Assembly: GCA_045630265.1 (NCBI GenBank)
Contig: JAZQSV010000041.1
Location: 525-64,524 of the forward strand
Origin: Acutalibacteraceae bacterium
GTDB taxonomy: Bacteria > Bacillota > Clostridia > Oscillospirales > Acutalibacteraceae
Direction of reading: 5' to 3'
Length of the DNA: 64,000 nucleotides
Position 1 is the stretch's first letter, and each line of letters opens with the position of its first letter. The notes beneath the pieces were generated by a model that saw nothing but the letters and a program-made list of their open reading frames with translations, ran no database searches and was not told the origin of the DNA. Position numbers and translations under genes: made by a program. Positions 51,700 to 60,346 of this stretch are shown in pieces.

Positions 51700-52701
51700 T
51701 TAATTCCATCTTCCTTTATCGTAGATTTCGCAAATAAGCTTTTGAATCTTAAGTGCTTCCTCACCGGTTATGTCGGGTTGTCTATCTTCTTCTACGGCAT
51801 TGTAAAAATCTTTAATTTGGCGAATGTGCTGGAAGCCCCAGTAATCCTTACCGCCCTCATAGTAAATACCGTCGTTTTCGGTGGAGGTGGAAAGCTTTGT
51901 GCCATCGTTAAAGGTAATCTCAACGTCGTCATAGCTCATAACAACCTTGCCGTTTTCGCAAAGAAGTCTGATTTCAATCGGGTCATCACAGCCGTAGTTA
52001 TTCATAGCCCAGAAAGAAAGTGTTGCGCCGTTTTTGTAACGAACAAAGCCCTCGCCGGTATCGTCAACCTCCATAATGGAGTGGCCGCGGTTGCTAAGGT
52101 GTGCCTGAACATCGGCTATTTCGTCATTTATAAACCAGTTAGCAAGGTCCAAGGAGTGGATTGCTTGGTCGATAATAACGCCACCGCCCTCTTTATCCCA
52201 GGTGCCTTTCCAGTCGGAAAGGGAGTAATAGGAGTCGGGCTTGCACCAGGTAAGTGTAACCCTGGCAGAGATAACCTTACCAAGCTTGCCGTTTTCAAGA
52301 TTTTCCTTAACAAGCTTGGAGGAGTTGTTGTATCGGCACTGGAATATAATGCCGTATTTCAGGCCCTTTTCCTTTGCAATCTCTACGTTTTTAAGGCCGT
52401 CCTCATACTTAATGCTCATCGGCTTTTCACAAAGAACGTTTACGCCATGTTCAAGCGCATAGCGGGAAACAACGGGGTGCAAATAGTGGGGTATACAAAC
52501 GTGTACAACGTCGGGCTTTTCTTTTTCTATAAGTTCTTTATAGTCGTAGTAAGCGGGAACGTTATATTTTTTGGCCGCCGCATCTGCGCGGTCTTTCTTA
52601 ATATCGCAAACACCAACAAGTGTGGCGTTTTCCAAGTGGTCACAGGAGGTGGCGTGCATTGTAAAAATTGAGCCACATCCAATAATTCCTACTCTAAGCA
52701 T
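51700..52701 (-). CDS. Gfo/Idh/MocA family oxidoreductase
   Basis: MLRVGIIGCGSI Rossmann N-terminus and the EKP motif (LCEKPMS). Confidence 0.85.
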   Translation of the reverse strand: MLRVGIIGCGSIFTMHATSCDHLENATLVGVCDIKKDRADAAAKKYNVPAYYDYKELIEKEKPDVVHVCIPHYLHPVVSRYALEHGVNVLCEKPMSIKYEDGLKNVEIAKEKGLKYGIIFQCRYNNSSKLVKENLENGKLGKVISARVTLTWCKPDSYYSLSDWKGTWDKEGGGVIIDQAIHSLDLANWFINDEIADVQAHLSNRGHSIMEVDDTGEGFVRYKNGATLSFWAMNNYGCDDPIEIRLLCENGKVVMSYDDVEITFNDGTKLSTSTENDGIYYEGGKDYWGFQHIRQIKDFYNAVEEDRQPDITGEEALKIQKLICEIYDKGRWN

Positions 52702-53677
52702 TGAAAGATAACTCCTTCATTAAGAATTTTAAAGAAGCTACAGCAGAAGAAAGCTCGGCTCTTTCAATTTTTTCACCGTTCTTAGCACGCTCGGTAAAAT
52801 ATACAAGCTCGTTGTAATAGCCGCCAAGGTCAGAAATGTTTCCGCCTGCTTTTTCGCCACCTGCAAGTTGCTTTTTCTCTATAACAATTTCCTTTGCCTC
52901 GTCTTTGGTGTAAACCATAAATTTACCGCCTGCATTTTCAACAACGGCGTTTTCAAATACAACTCTGAATCCTGCATCAAAAGCGTGAGTAGCAGGTAAA
53001 TCCCAGGTACCTTCTACAGTTACACAGCAGTCATCATACTGCATAAGTGTGCTAACGTAGGAGTATTTTTCACCAAGTGAATTCTTAACCGAGTAAAGAG
53101 CTTTGGGCTCACCCAAAAGGGAAAGAACGTAGTCAACGTCGTGAATATGTAAATCCTGTCCAGCGCCGCCTGAAAGGGTAAAGTCCAAAAGCCAGTTGTT
53201 CCAACCCCAGTCGGGACGGGGGCTAAGGCGCTTAAAGAAAGCGTTTACGATTTTGCCGTATTTATTTTCATCTACAATTTCTTTAAGTGCAACGTATTCG
53301 TCCCAGAAGCGGATAACCTGGCCGATTTGTACGCTACAACCTGTGGCCTTGGATTTTTCTATTAAAGCCTCGCCCTCTTCGGTAGTGAGGGTAACCGGTT
53401 TTTCAACAAAAAGGTGTTTAACCTTATCCATAGCTGCTAAAGCATATTTAGCGTGAAGATATGTGGGAAGACAAACGTCGATAACGTCTACGTCTGCGTT
53501 TTCGATAAGCTCCATACCGTCGCCGTAGATTTTAGCATCGGTTCCCTCAGCAATTGCCTCGGCCTTTTCTTTTCTTATATCGGCCACAGCCGCAAGGGTT
53601 ACACCCTCAATGTTTTTGTAGCAGTTTGCATGCATTTGTCCCATGAAACCGCAACCAATAAGACCTACTTTAAGCAT
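52694..53677 (-). CDS. Gfo/Idh/MocA family oxidoreductase (second paralog)
   Basis: MLKVGLIGCGFMG and VEKPVT. Its stop overlaps the start of the next gene by 8 nt. Confidence 0.85.
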   Translation of the reverse strand: MLKVGLIGCGFMGQMHANCYKNIEGVTLAAVADIRKEKAEAIAEGTDAKIYGDGMELIENADVDVIDVCLPTYLHAKYALAAMDKVKHLFVEKPVTLTTEEGEALIEKSKATGCSVQIGQVIRFWDEYVALKEIVDENKYGKIVNAFFKRLSPRPDWGWNNWLLDFTLSGGAGQDLHIHDVDYVLSLLGEPKALYSVKNSLGEKYSYVSTLMQYDDCCVTVEGTWDLPATHAFDAGFRVVFENAVVENAGGKFMVYTKDEAKEIVIEKKQLAGGEKAGGNISDLGGYYNELVYFTERAKNGEKIERAELSSAVASLKFLMKELSFNA

Positions 53678-53682
53678 AGTTT

Positions 53683-54519
53683 TTACCTCCCTAAAATTTT
53701 ATCCATAGCGTTGGATGTGTTGTATATAATTGTTTCGGTGTAATGTGTGTAGTTAGGAATCATCTCTGCGCTCACCCAACCGTCATAACCAACCGATTTA
53801 AGTGCATTCATAACCTCGGGGTAATTAATATCACCTGCAAGAAGGTCAACAAAGCCATGAAGTCCGCCGGCAGCAACGCGGTAATCTTTAAAGTGCACCT
53901 TTTTAATGCGGTCGCCAAGAACCTTAATCCAGTGCTCGGGGTAACCGTTAAAGAGTACGTTACCAACGTCAAAATAGCTACCAACGTATTTACTGTCTAC
54001 CTTGTCAATGAAATCACGCATTTCCATGGGGGATACAAGGAATTTGTTCCATACGTTTTCAAGGCCTATTTCTACCTTGTATTTTTCAGCATATTCTTTA
54101 AGCTCGGTTATAGCTTCCAAGCTTCTTTGGTATGTGGTTTCGTAATCAATAACCTTACCGGGAGCCGCAAAGTCTGCGTTTACAGTACCGGGAATAACAA
54201 GGATGGTTTCTGCTCCCAGTATGCTTGCGGTTTCAAGATGTTTTTTAACAATGTCCTTTGCCCTTTCGCGAACGGCCGGATCATCGTCGTTAAGCCAGTT
54301 GTCCCAGTAAAGACCGCTTGCAACGCTATAAAGCTCAATGCCACAGTCTTTTGCCATATTTTTTACTTTAAGTAAATCTTTCTCTGTTGACTCTAAAGAA
54401 ACCTCGCCGGTTGCATCTAAAGCAACCTCAACACCCTCAAAACCTGCCTTTTTTGCAAGTTTAAAGTTGTTTTCCAGTGTATCTACCGGAAAAGACCAGA
54501 TGCTAATACCTTTTTTCAT
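53683..54519 (-). CDS. xylose-isomerase-like TIM-barrel sugar-phosphate isomerase/epimerase (IolE/IolI fold)
   Basis: FEGVEVAL, IGLENVWN and YFDVGN are the metal-binding pattern of the AP_endonuc_2 family. The ATG at 54519 follows an AGGAGG SD. Confidence 0.8.
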   Translation of the reverse strand: MKKGISIWSFPVDTLENNFKLAKKAGFEGVEVALDATGEVSLESTEKDLLKVKNMAKDCGIELYSVASGLYWDNWLNDDDPAVRERAKDIVKKHLETASILGAETILVIPGTVNADFAAPGKVIDYETTYQRSLEAITELKEYAEKYKVEIGLENVWNKFLVSPMEMRDFIDKVDSKYVGSYFDVGNVLFNGYPEHWIKVLGDRIKKVHFKDYRVAAGGLHGFVDLLAGDINYPEVMNALKSVGYDGWVSAEMIPNYTHYTETIIYNTSNAMDKILGR

Positions 54520-54651
54520 CACATTACCTCCTTGTATTTTTAAAACCATTGTGATATTATAATTATAAATCATAATATAAATTTTCAGTATATATTTTTT
54601 TATCCGAAATGTGCACTTTTGTACACCATTATTTTAAACTAGGGGATAATT

Positions 54652-55533
54652 ATGAAAGCCACATACATAAAAACAAAATTTCAAAGTGTTGTAAACATAT
54701 CAAAAATTGTAACGGCCCATTACTATGAGTTCGACCGCAATTTTATTTTCGAGGGTGAAAGCCATGACTTTTGGGAAATGGTTTACGTAGATAAGGGCAG
54801 TGTGCAAATTAGAAGGGACGAAGAAAATATTGCCCTAAGCCAAGGGGAACTTGTTTTTCACAGACCCAATGAATTTCACTCTATAAAAGCGCTTGATTCT
54901 TCACCAAATTTCTTCGTTATTTCCTTTGTTTGCGACTCTCCTATGATGCAGTATTTCGAGAAGTTTAATACGGTGCTTAAAAAGGAATTAAGACCGTTTT
55001 TGTCCTCGGTTATCAAGGAGGCAGAGCAGGTGTATTTACTGCCCAAAAACGATCCTAATTTAAAGAAATTGAAGAGAAGTGACAACGCCCCGTTTGGCGG
55101 CGAGCAGCTTATAAAAACGTATTTGGAACAGCTTCTTATTTTGCTCGTTCGAGACATAACGAAAAAGGGGGATACCCAAATTTTCCCCTCAAAGGAAAGT
55201 ATGGAAAACCACCTTGTAACCGGAATTAAGGAGTATATAGAAAACAACATAGAAAACACCGTAAGGGTTGCCGATATTTGCAAAAAATTCGGCTACAGTA
55301 AAAGCTATCTCAGTAAGCTTTTCCATGAGCAGTGCGGGGAAACCCTAGGGGTTTATACAACCCGTATGAAAATACGCAGAGCAAAGCAACTTATAAGGGA
55401 AGGAAGTCTTAATTTTTCACAAATTTCTGTACGCTTAGACTTTGATAATCCGCAGTATTTTTCCCGAGTTTGTAAGAGAGTAACAAAAATGTCACCCAGC
55501 GAATTTAAGGATTCGCTTACTTTTAAAAATTAG
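54652..55533 (+). CDS. AraC family transcriptional regulator (cupin sensor + HTH_18), divergent from the sugar operon
   Basis: N-terminal cupin (GELVFHRPNEFHS). C-terminal AraC HTH (FGYSKSYLSKLFHEQCG...FDNPQYFSRVCKR). Confidence 0.9.
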   Translation: MKATYIKTKFQSVVNISKIVTAHYYEFDRNFIFEGESHDFWEMVYVDKGSVQIRRDEENIALSQGELVFHRPNEFHSIKALDSSPNFFVISFVCDSPMMQYFEKFNTVLKKELRPFLSSVIKEAEQVYLLPKNDPNLKKLKRSDNAPFGGEQLIKTYLEQLLILLVRDITKKGDTQIFPSKESMENHLVTGIKEYIENNIENTVRVADICKKFGYSKSYLSKLFHEQCGETLGVYTTRMKIRRAKQLIREGSLNFSQISVRLDFDNPQYFSRVCKRVTKMSPSEFKDSLTFKN

Positions 55534-55548
55534 AATCAGAGCAACAAA

Positions 55549-55578
55549 AATAAGAGGTGCAGTGCACCTCTTATTTTT
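55549..55578. terminator. bidirectional terminator
   Basis: aataagaggtgc-agt-gcacctcttatt palindrome with T-runs on both strands. Confidence 0.75.
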
Positions 55579-55602
55579 GTGAATATACTTAAAGTCTTTA
55601 CC

Positions 55603-55683
55603 CTAGAGCGTTGCCTCAATCATGGTGTTGGCAAAATCGTCGCTTAGCTTGTCAATATAACACATAACCTTTTGCTTTTTCAT
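55603..55683 (-). CDS. candidate 26-aa small ORF (MKKQKVMCYIDKLSDDFANTMIEATL)
   Basis: AAGAGGA SD 8 nt upstream of the ATG. It lies 21 nt downstream of the methyltransferase stop and just before the terminator. Below the ORF-track size cut-off. Confidence 0.3.
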   Translation of the reverse strand: MKKQKVMCYIDKLSDDFANTMIEATL

Positions 55684-55704
55684 AATAGTTATCCTCTTTT
55701 CGTT

Positions 55705-56376
55705 TTACCAAATGAAGGGTACAAGTCTCCATTTAACCTTCAGTTTATATTCCTTGTAGCCGTCAAGCTCTTTTTCTAAAAAAGCTTCTTCACTTATTAT
55801 TCGCTTTGCAATAATAAATGGATAGGAAAGAAAAATAAGAAAACCGTAAAGTGAACCAAGTATTAGCGGCATCGAAAGAAATAAAATCAGTGTTGCGCTA
55901 TACATAGGGTGTCTTACAACAGAGTAAAGCCCGGTATCAATTACCTTTTGCCCTTTTTGCACTTCAATAGTGCGACTAAGGTAGGTATTTTCTCTTAAAA
56001 CTTCAGCGTAAATAATATATGCAAAAATAAAGCAAACGGTTGCAATTATAACCACAAGGTTTGGCAGGGTATAAAATGAAAACCTAAAGCCAAGCCCCGA
56101 AATAACAAAGCCCAAAATGAACATCAGTCCGCTAAGTTTTAAAACTGTATTCTGTTCTTTTTGTTTTTCCTTTGCATCGAGGCGTTTTTTCAACAGTTCG
56201 GGATTTTTAATGAGCATTATAATCCCTGCTATGAACATTGGGATAAATAAAAGGGCTAAAAGCAGCCAGCCGTTTAGAAAATAAAAGCTGCCCGCCGGCC
56301 AGAAAACAAGAAGGCCTACAAGTAAAGCTCCAAGCAGAAATTTTAATATTGCCTCTAGAAATAGCTTTGCTTTCAA
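55705..56376 (-). CDS. ICMT/PEMT-like membrane methyltransferase family protein
   Basis: GLYSVVRHPMYSATLILFLSMPLILGS motif. The start was moved to the TTG at 56376, which lies 5 nt after AGGAGGG. Confidence 0.7.
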   Translation of the reverse strand: MKAKLFLEAILKFLLGALLVGLLVFWPAGSFYFLNGWLLLALLFIPMFIAGIIMLIKNPELLKKRLDAKEKQKEQNTVLKLSGLMFILGFVISGLGFRFSFYTLPNLVVIIATVCFIFAYIIYAEVLRENTYLSRTIEVQKGQKVIDTGLYSVVRHPMYSATLILFLSMPLILGSLYGFLIFLSYPFIIAKRIISEEAFLEKELDGYKEYKLKVKWRLVPFIW

Positions 56377-56456
56377 AATATCCCTCCTAAATATAAACGT
56401 CTGTGTCATATTATACCACACTAAGAAGAAAATGCAAATATTCACTATTATATCCA

Positions 56457-56492
56457 AAAGGACGTGTAGAATCTGCTCTACACGTCCTTTTG
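56457..56492 (-). terminator. terminator after the HAD gene
   Basis: aaaggacgtgtaga/tctacacgtccttt, a 14-bp stem. Confidence 0.6.
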
Positions 56493-56525
56493 AATCTCCA
56501 TTTATAATATATATGTGTGGGCGGA

Positions 56526-57335
56526 TTAATCGTGTTGGCCTATTTTTTTAATAATAGTCTTAACAATTTCATCCAGCTTGCCACCTTCACAGTAGTTTGC
56601 TTCGGCAATAAAGTCTACGCGGTTTGCAGCTAAAAGTTGTTCTGCCGTTTCCTTTTTGTGTTTACGGAATACTGCAATAGAATGTCCCATATTAGTCTTT
56701 ACAAGCTTCATACAAGGCACATCGGTGAGTCCGTCGCCGATATAAATCATATTCCTAAAGGGAATTCGGCGCTCCTTTTCGGGCACGTAGGCGTTTAGAG
56801 CTTCGTCGTTCCAGACGTCCAGTACACCCTTATTTATTCTAAAAAGAAACTGTGTTTTATTGGTGTAGTTTACCGTAAGTTTCGGCCAGGTGGCAACGCC
56901 GTTTTGGTTGTACAAAAATTCGCATGCATATACTTTTTTGAAATGATTTTTTATGGCAGAGCCCTCAATAATTTCTTTGATTCCTGAAGAAATAATGTAA
57001 TGCTCAATTATAATGCCGTTTTCCTTGCCGTAGTTATCTATGCGGCGAAACCATTCCTCTACACCGGGATAATATTCAATGTCGCGGCCTAATGAGACAA
57101 GCGCATCTCTTGTAATATGAACGCCCTTTTCATGCGTCTTTTTTAGCATTAAATACAAATAAGCTAGAATTGAGTCCATATTTTGCTCTTCACAAAGTGA
57201 CTTGGCTTCATCCCAAAACTGCTTCGAAGTAATACCCAAGCTGGGTATAAAGCCATACTCTTGCATATCTTTGGTGGATAGGGTTTTATCAAAATCGTAC
57301 ATTATAGCAACAATGTGTTTTTGTGGTTTTGCCAC
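56526..57335 (-). CDS. HAD-like hydrolase
   Basis: Motif I (AIMYDFDKTLS) and motif IV (IYIGDGLTDVPCM). Confidence 0.7.
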   Translation of the reverse strand: MAKPQKHIVAIMYDFDKTLSTKDMQEYGFIPSLGITSKQFWDEAKSLCEEQNMDSILAYLYLMLKKTHEKGVHITRDALVSLGRDIEYYPGVEEWFRRIDNYGKENGIIIEHYIISSGIKEIIEGSAIKNHFKKVYACEFLYNQNGVATWPKLTVNYTNKTQFLFRINKGVLDVWNDEALNAYVPEKERRIPFRNMIYIGDGLTDVPCMKLVKTNMGHSIAVFRKHKKETAEQLLAANRVDFIAEANYCEGGKLDEIVKTIIKKIGQHD

Positions 57336-57469
57336 TTTTTCACCCCCAAAAAATTAAATGTTTTATTATTAATATTATACCATTTTTGCACAATTTTTCA
57401 ATACTGACAAAAACCGTCCTATCCATTCAACACGCTTTTAGCAACGTGGATGTTTAGGACGATTTTGTT

Positions 57470-59002
57470 TTATGGGGCTACAGGGGCAATGCCGACAAAT
57501 TGATTGCCACCTTTTAAAATTGTAAAGATGGTTGAGGCCTCACCTTCTATATTGGAGGATGGCATACTTCCGGGCATTTGCGGTCTTTCACCATTCGGCA
57601 TTTCGCCTTGCGGAAATTCGGGGCGCTCTCCTTTTGGCGGTTCGCCGCCTGGCATTTGGGGGGCTTGTGCGTTTTGGTTAGGCTCGGGCGGGCTAGCTAG
57701 TTCTCCGTTTGTCATTTGAGGCCTTTGCCCGTTCGGAATCATACCCTGCATATTTTGCGATTTAACACCTGTAAGCTGGGTGGTTCCTTTGAAAAACACA
57801 TAATCGTCTGGGGCAAGCTCATTGTTTGCAACAATAAGGTAGGTAAAGGCGTTTTTGGGAGAATATTCACCCACAACGTCGCCCTTAGAGTTTTTAAGAG
57901 TATAGGTTGTATCACCATTTTGGCGTGAGGCAAAGTTAAACACAACATAGGTTTGCGCGCCGCCTGCGATTCGGTCAAGCATATTTCCAGTGGCCGTTAC
58001 ATGGCCGCCGTTTATATAAATGCCTTTGTCTGAGTCGATTCCCGCATCACCGCTTGTAGAACAGGCAAAGGAGTTTACAAAACCGTCGTTGATTATAAGC
58101 CAACCGTTTGAATCAATTCCGTCTCCCTCGCCGGTTTTACCGTTACAAAGAATGTTTAACTTTCCGCCGTTTATTGTGGTAACCGAAACGCCGTCTTCGT
58201 TAGTGTTGATGCCATCATTACCTGAATTTATATGAATAATTCCGCCGTTTATGGTAAGGTGTAGCTCGCTGCCCAACCCCTCGTTTTCAGCGTTAATGTT
58301 TAATACGCCGTTTCCTGTTTTTTCGCCGGTTATATTCATTGACATTTTAGAGTAGAAAGCCCCGTCATATTTATGAAGCTTATTTGCATCCTCAACTTCG
58401 GATTTTTCCTCGTTTAAAATAACGCTGTCAGGCTTATAAATCTTGGCTACGTAGGAGCCGTTTATATTATTTATAGTGTTATCGGCAATAATTACATTAG
58501 CGCCTGCCGATTTTGTATCTACATCCATTTTGGCGGATTCTTCGTCCTTTTCAGCGCATTCATATACGTTATAGAAAATAATAGCAGGTGCAACCTTACA
58601 AGTAATATCAACATTATTAAGAATCAGTGTTACTACTGCATTGGGGTCTGTTTCTGCATCTTCACCCAGGTCGATTGCTATTTGCCCCAGTGAGAGTGTT
58701 CCACTCAAGACATATCTGCCTGGTTTTGTAATGTGAACAACAGTATGTGCATCTGCTTCACTTTGTTCGTGTTCGTCTTGCTTTTCTCCCTCACCATAGG
58801 TGAAATCTTGTCCTGCAAGATAAAACACAATGTCATTGGCAGAATAAACCGCCTGTGTAGCATCACTTGTAATCTCTTGTCCGTCAACTGTAATTTTGTT
58901 ATCGGATAAGTTGATTTGAGTTCCTTCATTTTTTTGTTCGTTAGAACGACAACCTGAAAGCAAAAGGGTTAGCACCACAAAACACGCTAATATTTTTTTC
59001 AT
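57470..59002 (-). CDS. Cthe_2159-like carbohydrate-binding beta-helix lipoprotein with Pro-rich C-terminal repeats
   Basis: LLLSGC lipobox. Repeated GxDGI/N turns (GNDGINTNEDG, GEGDGIDSNG, GDAGIDSDKG). The tail reads GERPEFPQGEMPNGERPQMPG. Confidence 0.7.
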   Translation of the reverse strand: MKKILACFVVLTLLLSGCRSNEQKNEGTQINLSDNKITVDGQEITSDATQAVYSANDIVFYLAGQDFTYGEGEKQDEHEQSEADAHTVVHITKPGRYVLSGTLSLGQIAIDLGEDAETDPNAVVTLILNNVDITCKVAPAIIFYNVYECAEKDEESAKMDVDTKSAGANVIIADNTINNINGSYVAKIYKPDSVILNEEKSEVEDANKLHKYDGAFYSKMSMNITGEKTGNGVLNINAENEGLGSELHLTINGGIIHINSGNDGINTNEDGVSVTTINGGKLNILCNGKTGEGDGIDSNGWLIINDGFVNSFACSTSGDAGIDSDKGIYINGGHVTATGNMLDRIAGGAQTYVVFNFASRQNGDTTYTLKNSKGDVVGEYSPKNAFTYLIVANNELAPDDYVFFKGTTQLTGVKSQNMQGMIPNGQRPQMTNGELASPPEPNQNAQAPQMPGGEPPKGERPEFPQGEMPNGERPQMPGSMPSSNIEGEASTIFTILKGGNQFVGIAPVAP

Positions 59003-59074
59003 ATTGCACCTCGATGAACTATAATATGATGTTTTTATTGTAACATATTTACATATAAAAAAGTGAACTGATTG

Positions 59075-59110
59075 TAAAAAATCGCCCTGCCCAGTGTTCG
59101 GCAGGGCGAT
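59075..59110 (-). terminator. terminator after the LRR gene
   Basis: atcgccctgcc/ggcagggcgat stem followed by U5 on the minus RNA. Confidence 0.8.
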
Positions 59111-59183
59111 AAGTTTGCTTTATAAATCTAATTAATTAGATTCTTTGATAGTAGACTGCGCAGCAGTACGCAAAAGAGGGAAA

Positions 59184-60119
59184 TTAATCAATAATTTTGT
59201 ATTGAGGATAAGTTTCCTTTATGTGTTTGGCGATTTTAGGATTTGTGTCATAAAAACGCACAAAGGTATTTTTATTAAAAGCCATTGCTCCTATATCTTC
59301 TAAACTTCGAGGCAGTTCAATTTCTTGCAGATTTTGACAATCTTCAAATGCACTTGTGCAAATCATTTTCAGGCCGTTGTTTAAAACAACCTTTTTTAAG
59401 TTAATACAATTAGCAAACGAAAATGTCCAGATACCCTCAAGCGAATGAGGACATATTATAGCTTCAATATTTTCGTTATTACAAAAAACTTGATGAGAAA
59501 TATGAACTGTTCCTTCTGGAATTTGTAAAACTTTATCCGTGCCATTATATTTTAAAAGTTGCCCGTTTACCACAATAAAATCTTCTGTGAATTGCTCAAA
59601 CCATTTTGTGCCATCAAATGAGTTTGGCGAAACCCAAGTTTTTGGGTTTAAAAATGTAACAGTGTCTAAATTTTTACACTTTTGAAACGCACCATTGCCT
59701 ATAAAGGTTAAAGATTTTGGGAGTGTAATGCTTTTAATTGTGGTATTTTCATACAGAACTCGTTCTTTGATACATTCTACGCCTTCTTCAAAAACAACAT
59801 TTTCCAGCGCTGTACAATGTGAAAAACATAAACTATCTATAACTTTGAATTTTCCGTTAATTTGTGCGATATGTTCTTTGGTTAAATATTTTTTAATTGC
59901 GGGAACATTATAAAGGTCTGTTGTTATAATTGCTTCATTGCCAGAATAATTAAACGCTTCCAAAACGGCATCTTCAATAATCATTCTGTTTTTAAAATCG
60001 GCAATATAATTGGTAGCTTCCGTCAACTCGGACAGTAGTTTTTTATAGATTAATGGGGCAGATATTTTAATATAATCAAGTTTTGATTTAGTATTGTTCA
60101 GTTCGAATATTTTTTTCAC
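59184..60119 (-). CDS. BspA-type leucine-rich-repeat (LRR_5) protein, no signal peptide
   Basis: Repeats of the form F..C..L..V.LP..L..IG..AF. The GTG at 60119 has the same GAGGTGA spacing as the paralogous leaders. The track start is 60128. Confidence 0.75.
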   Translation of the reverse strand: MKKIFELNNTKSKLDYIKISAPLIYKKLLSELTEATNYIADFKNRMIIEDAVLEAFNYSGNEAIITTDLYNVPAIKKYLTKEHIAQINGKFKVIDSLCFSHCTALENVVFEEGVECIKERVLYENTTIKSITLPKSLTFIGNGAFQKCKNLDTVTFLNPKTWVSPNSFDGTKWFEQFTEDFIVVNGQLLKYNGTDKVLQIPEGTVHISHQVFCNNENIEAIICPHSLEGIWTFSFANCINLKKVVLNNGLKMICTSAFEDCQNLQEIELPRSLEDIGAMAFNKNTFVRFYDTNPKIAKHIKETYPQYKIID

Positions 60120-60180
60120 GTTCCTCACCTCGTGTTCTGATTATATCATATATTATGTCCGATAAAAAGGACTTTGCAAA
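60120..60180 (-). promoter_or_regulatory. repeated promoter/leader module, copy 1
   Basis: Minus strand: TTTGCAAAGTCCTTTTTATCGGACATAATATATGATATAATCAGAACACGAGGTGA. Confidence 0.55.
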
Positions 60181-60207
60181 AAAATCTGCCCGAAGAAATT
60201 CGGGTAG
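60178..60207 (-). terminator. terminator preceding module copy 1
   Basis: ctgcccgaa-gaaa-ttcgggtag hairpin followed by U7 on the minus RNA. Confidence 0.55.
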
Positions 60208-60346
60208 ATGGGTTTGTTTTAGGTTATGAATAATTTCATATCATTAATAGCAGCTGTAGTGCAACGCACAAAAGAGGGATTTTAGTTATTGTGATTATTT
60301 TTAACATCAGCATCCCCGCTTAAAAGCATAATAAATATTTTTTTGT

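Noticed and set aside
59124-59143. Perfect 18-bp AT-rich palindrome AATCTAATTAATTAGATT between the LRR gene and its terminator
   Set aside because: AT-only palindromes of this size arise easily in about 30 percent GC DNA. There is no second copy and no associated recombinase or regulator in the window.
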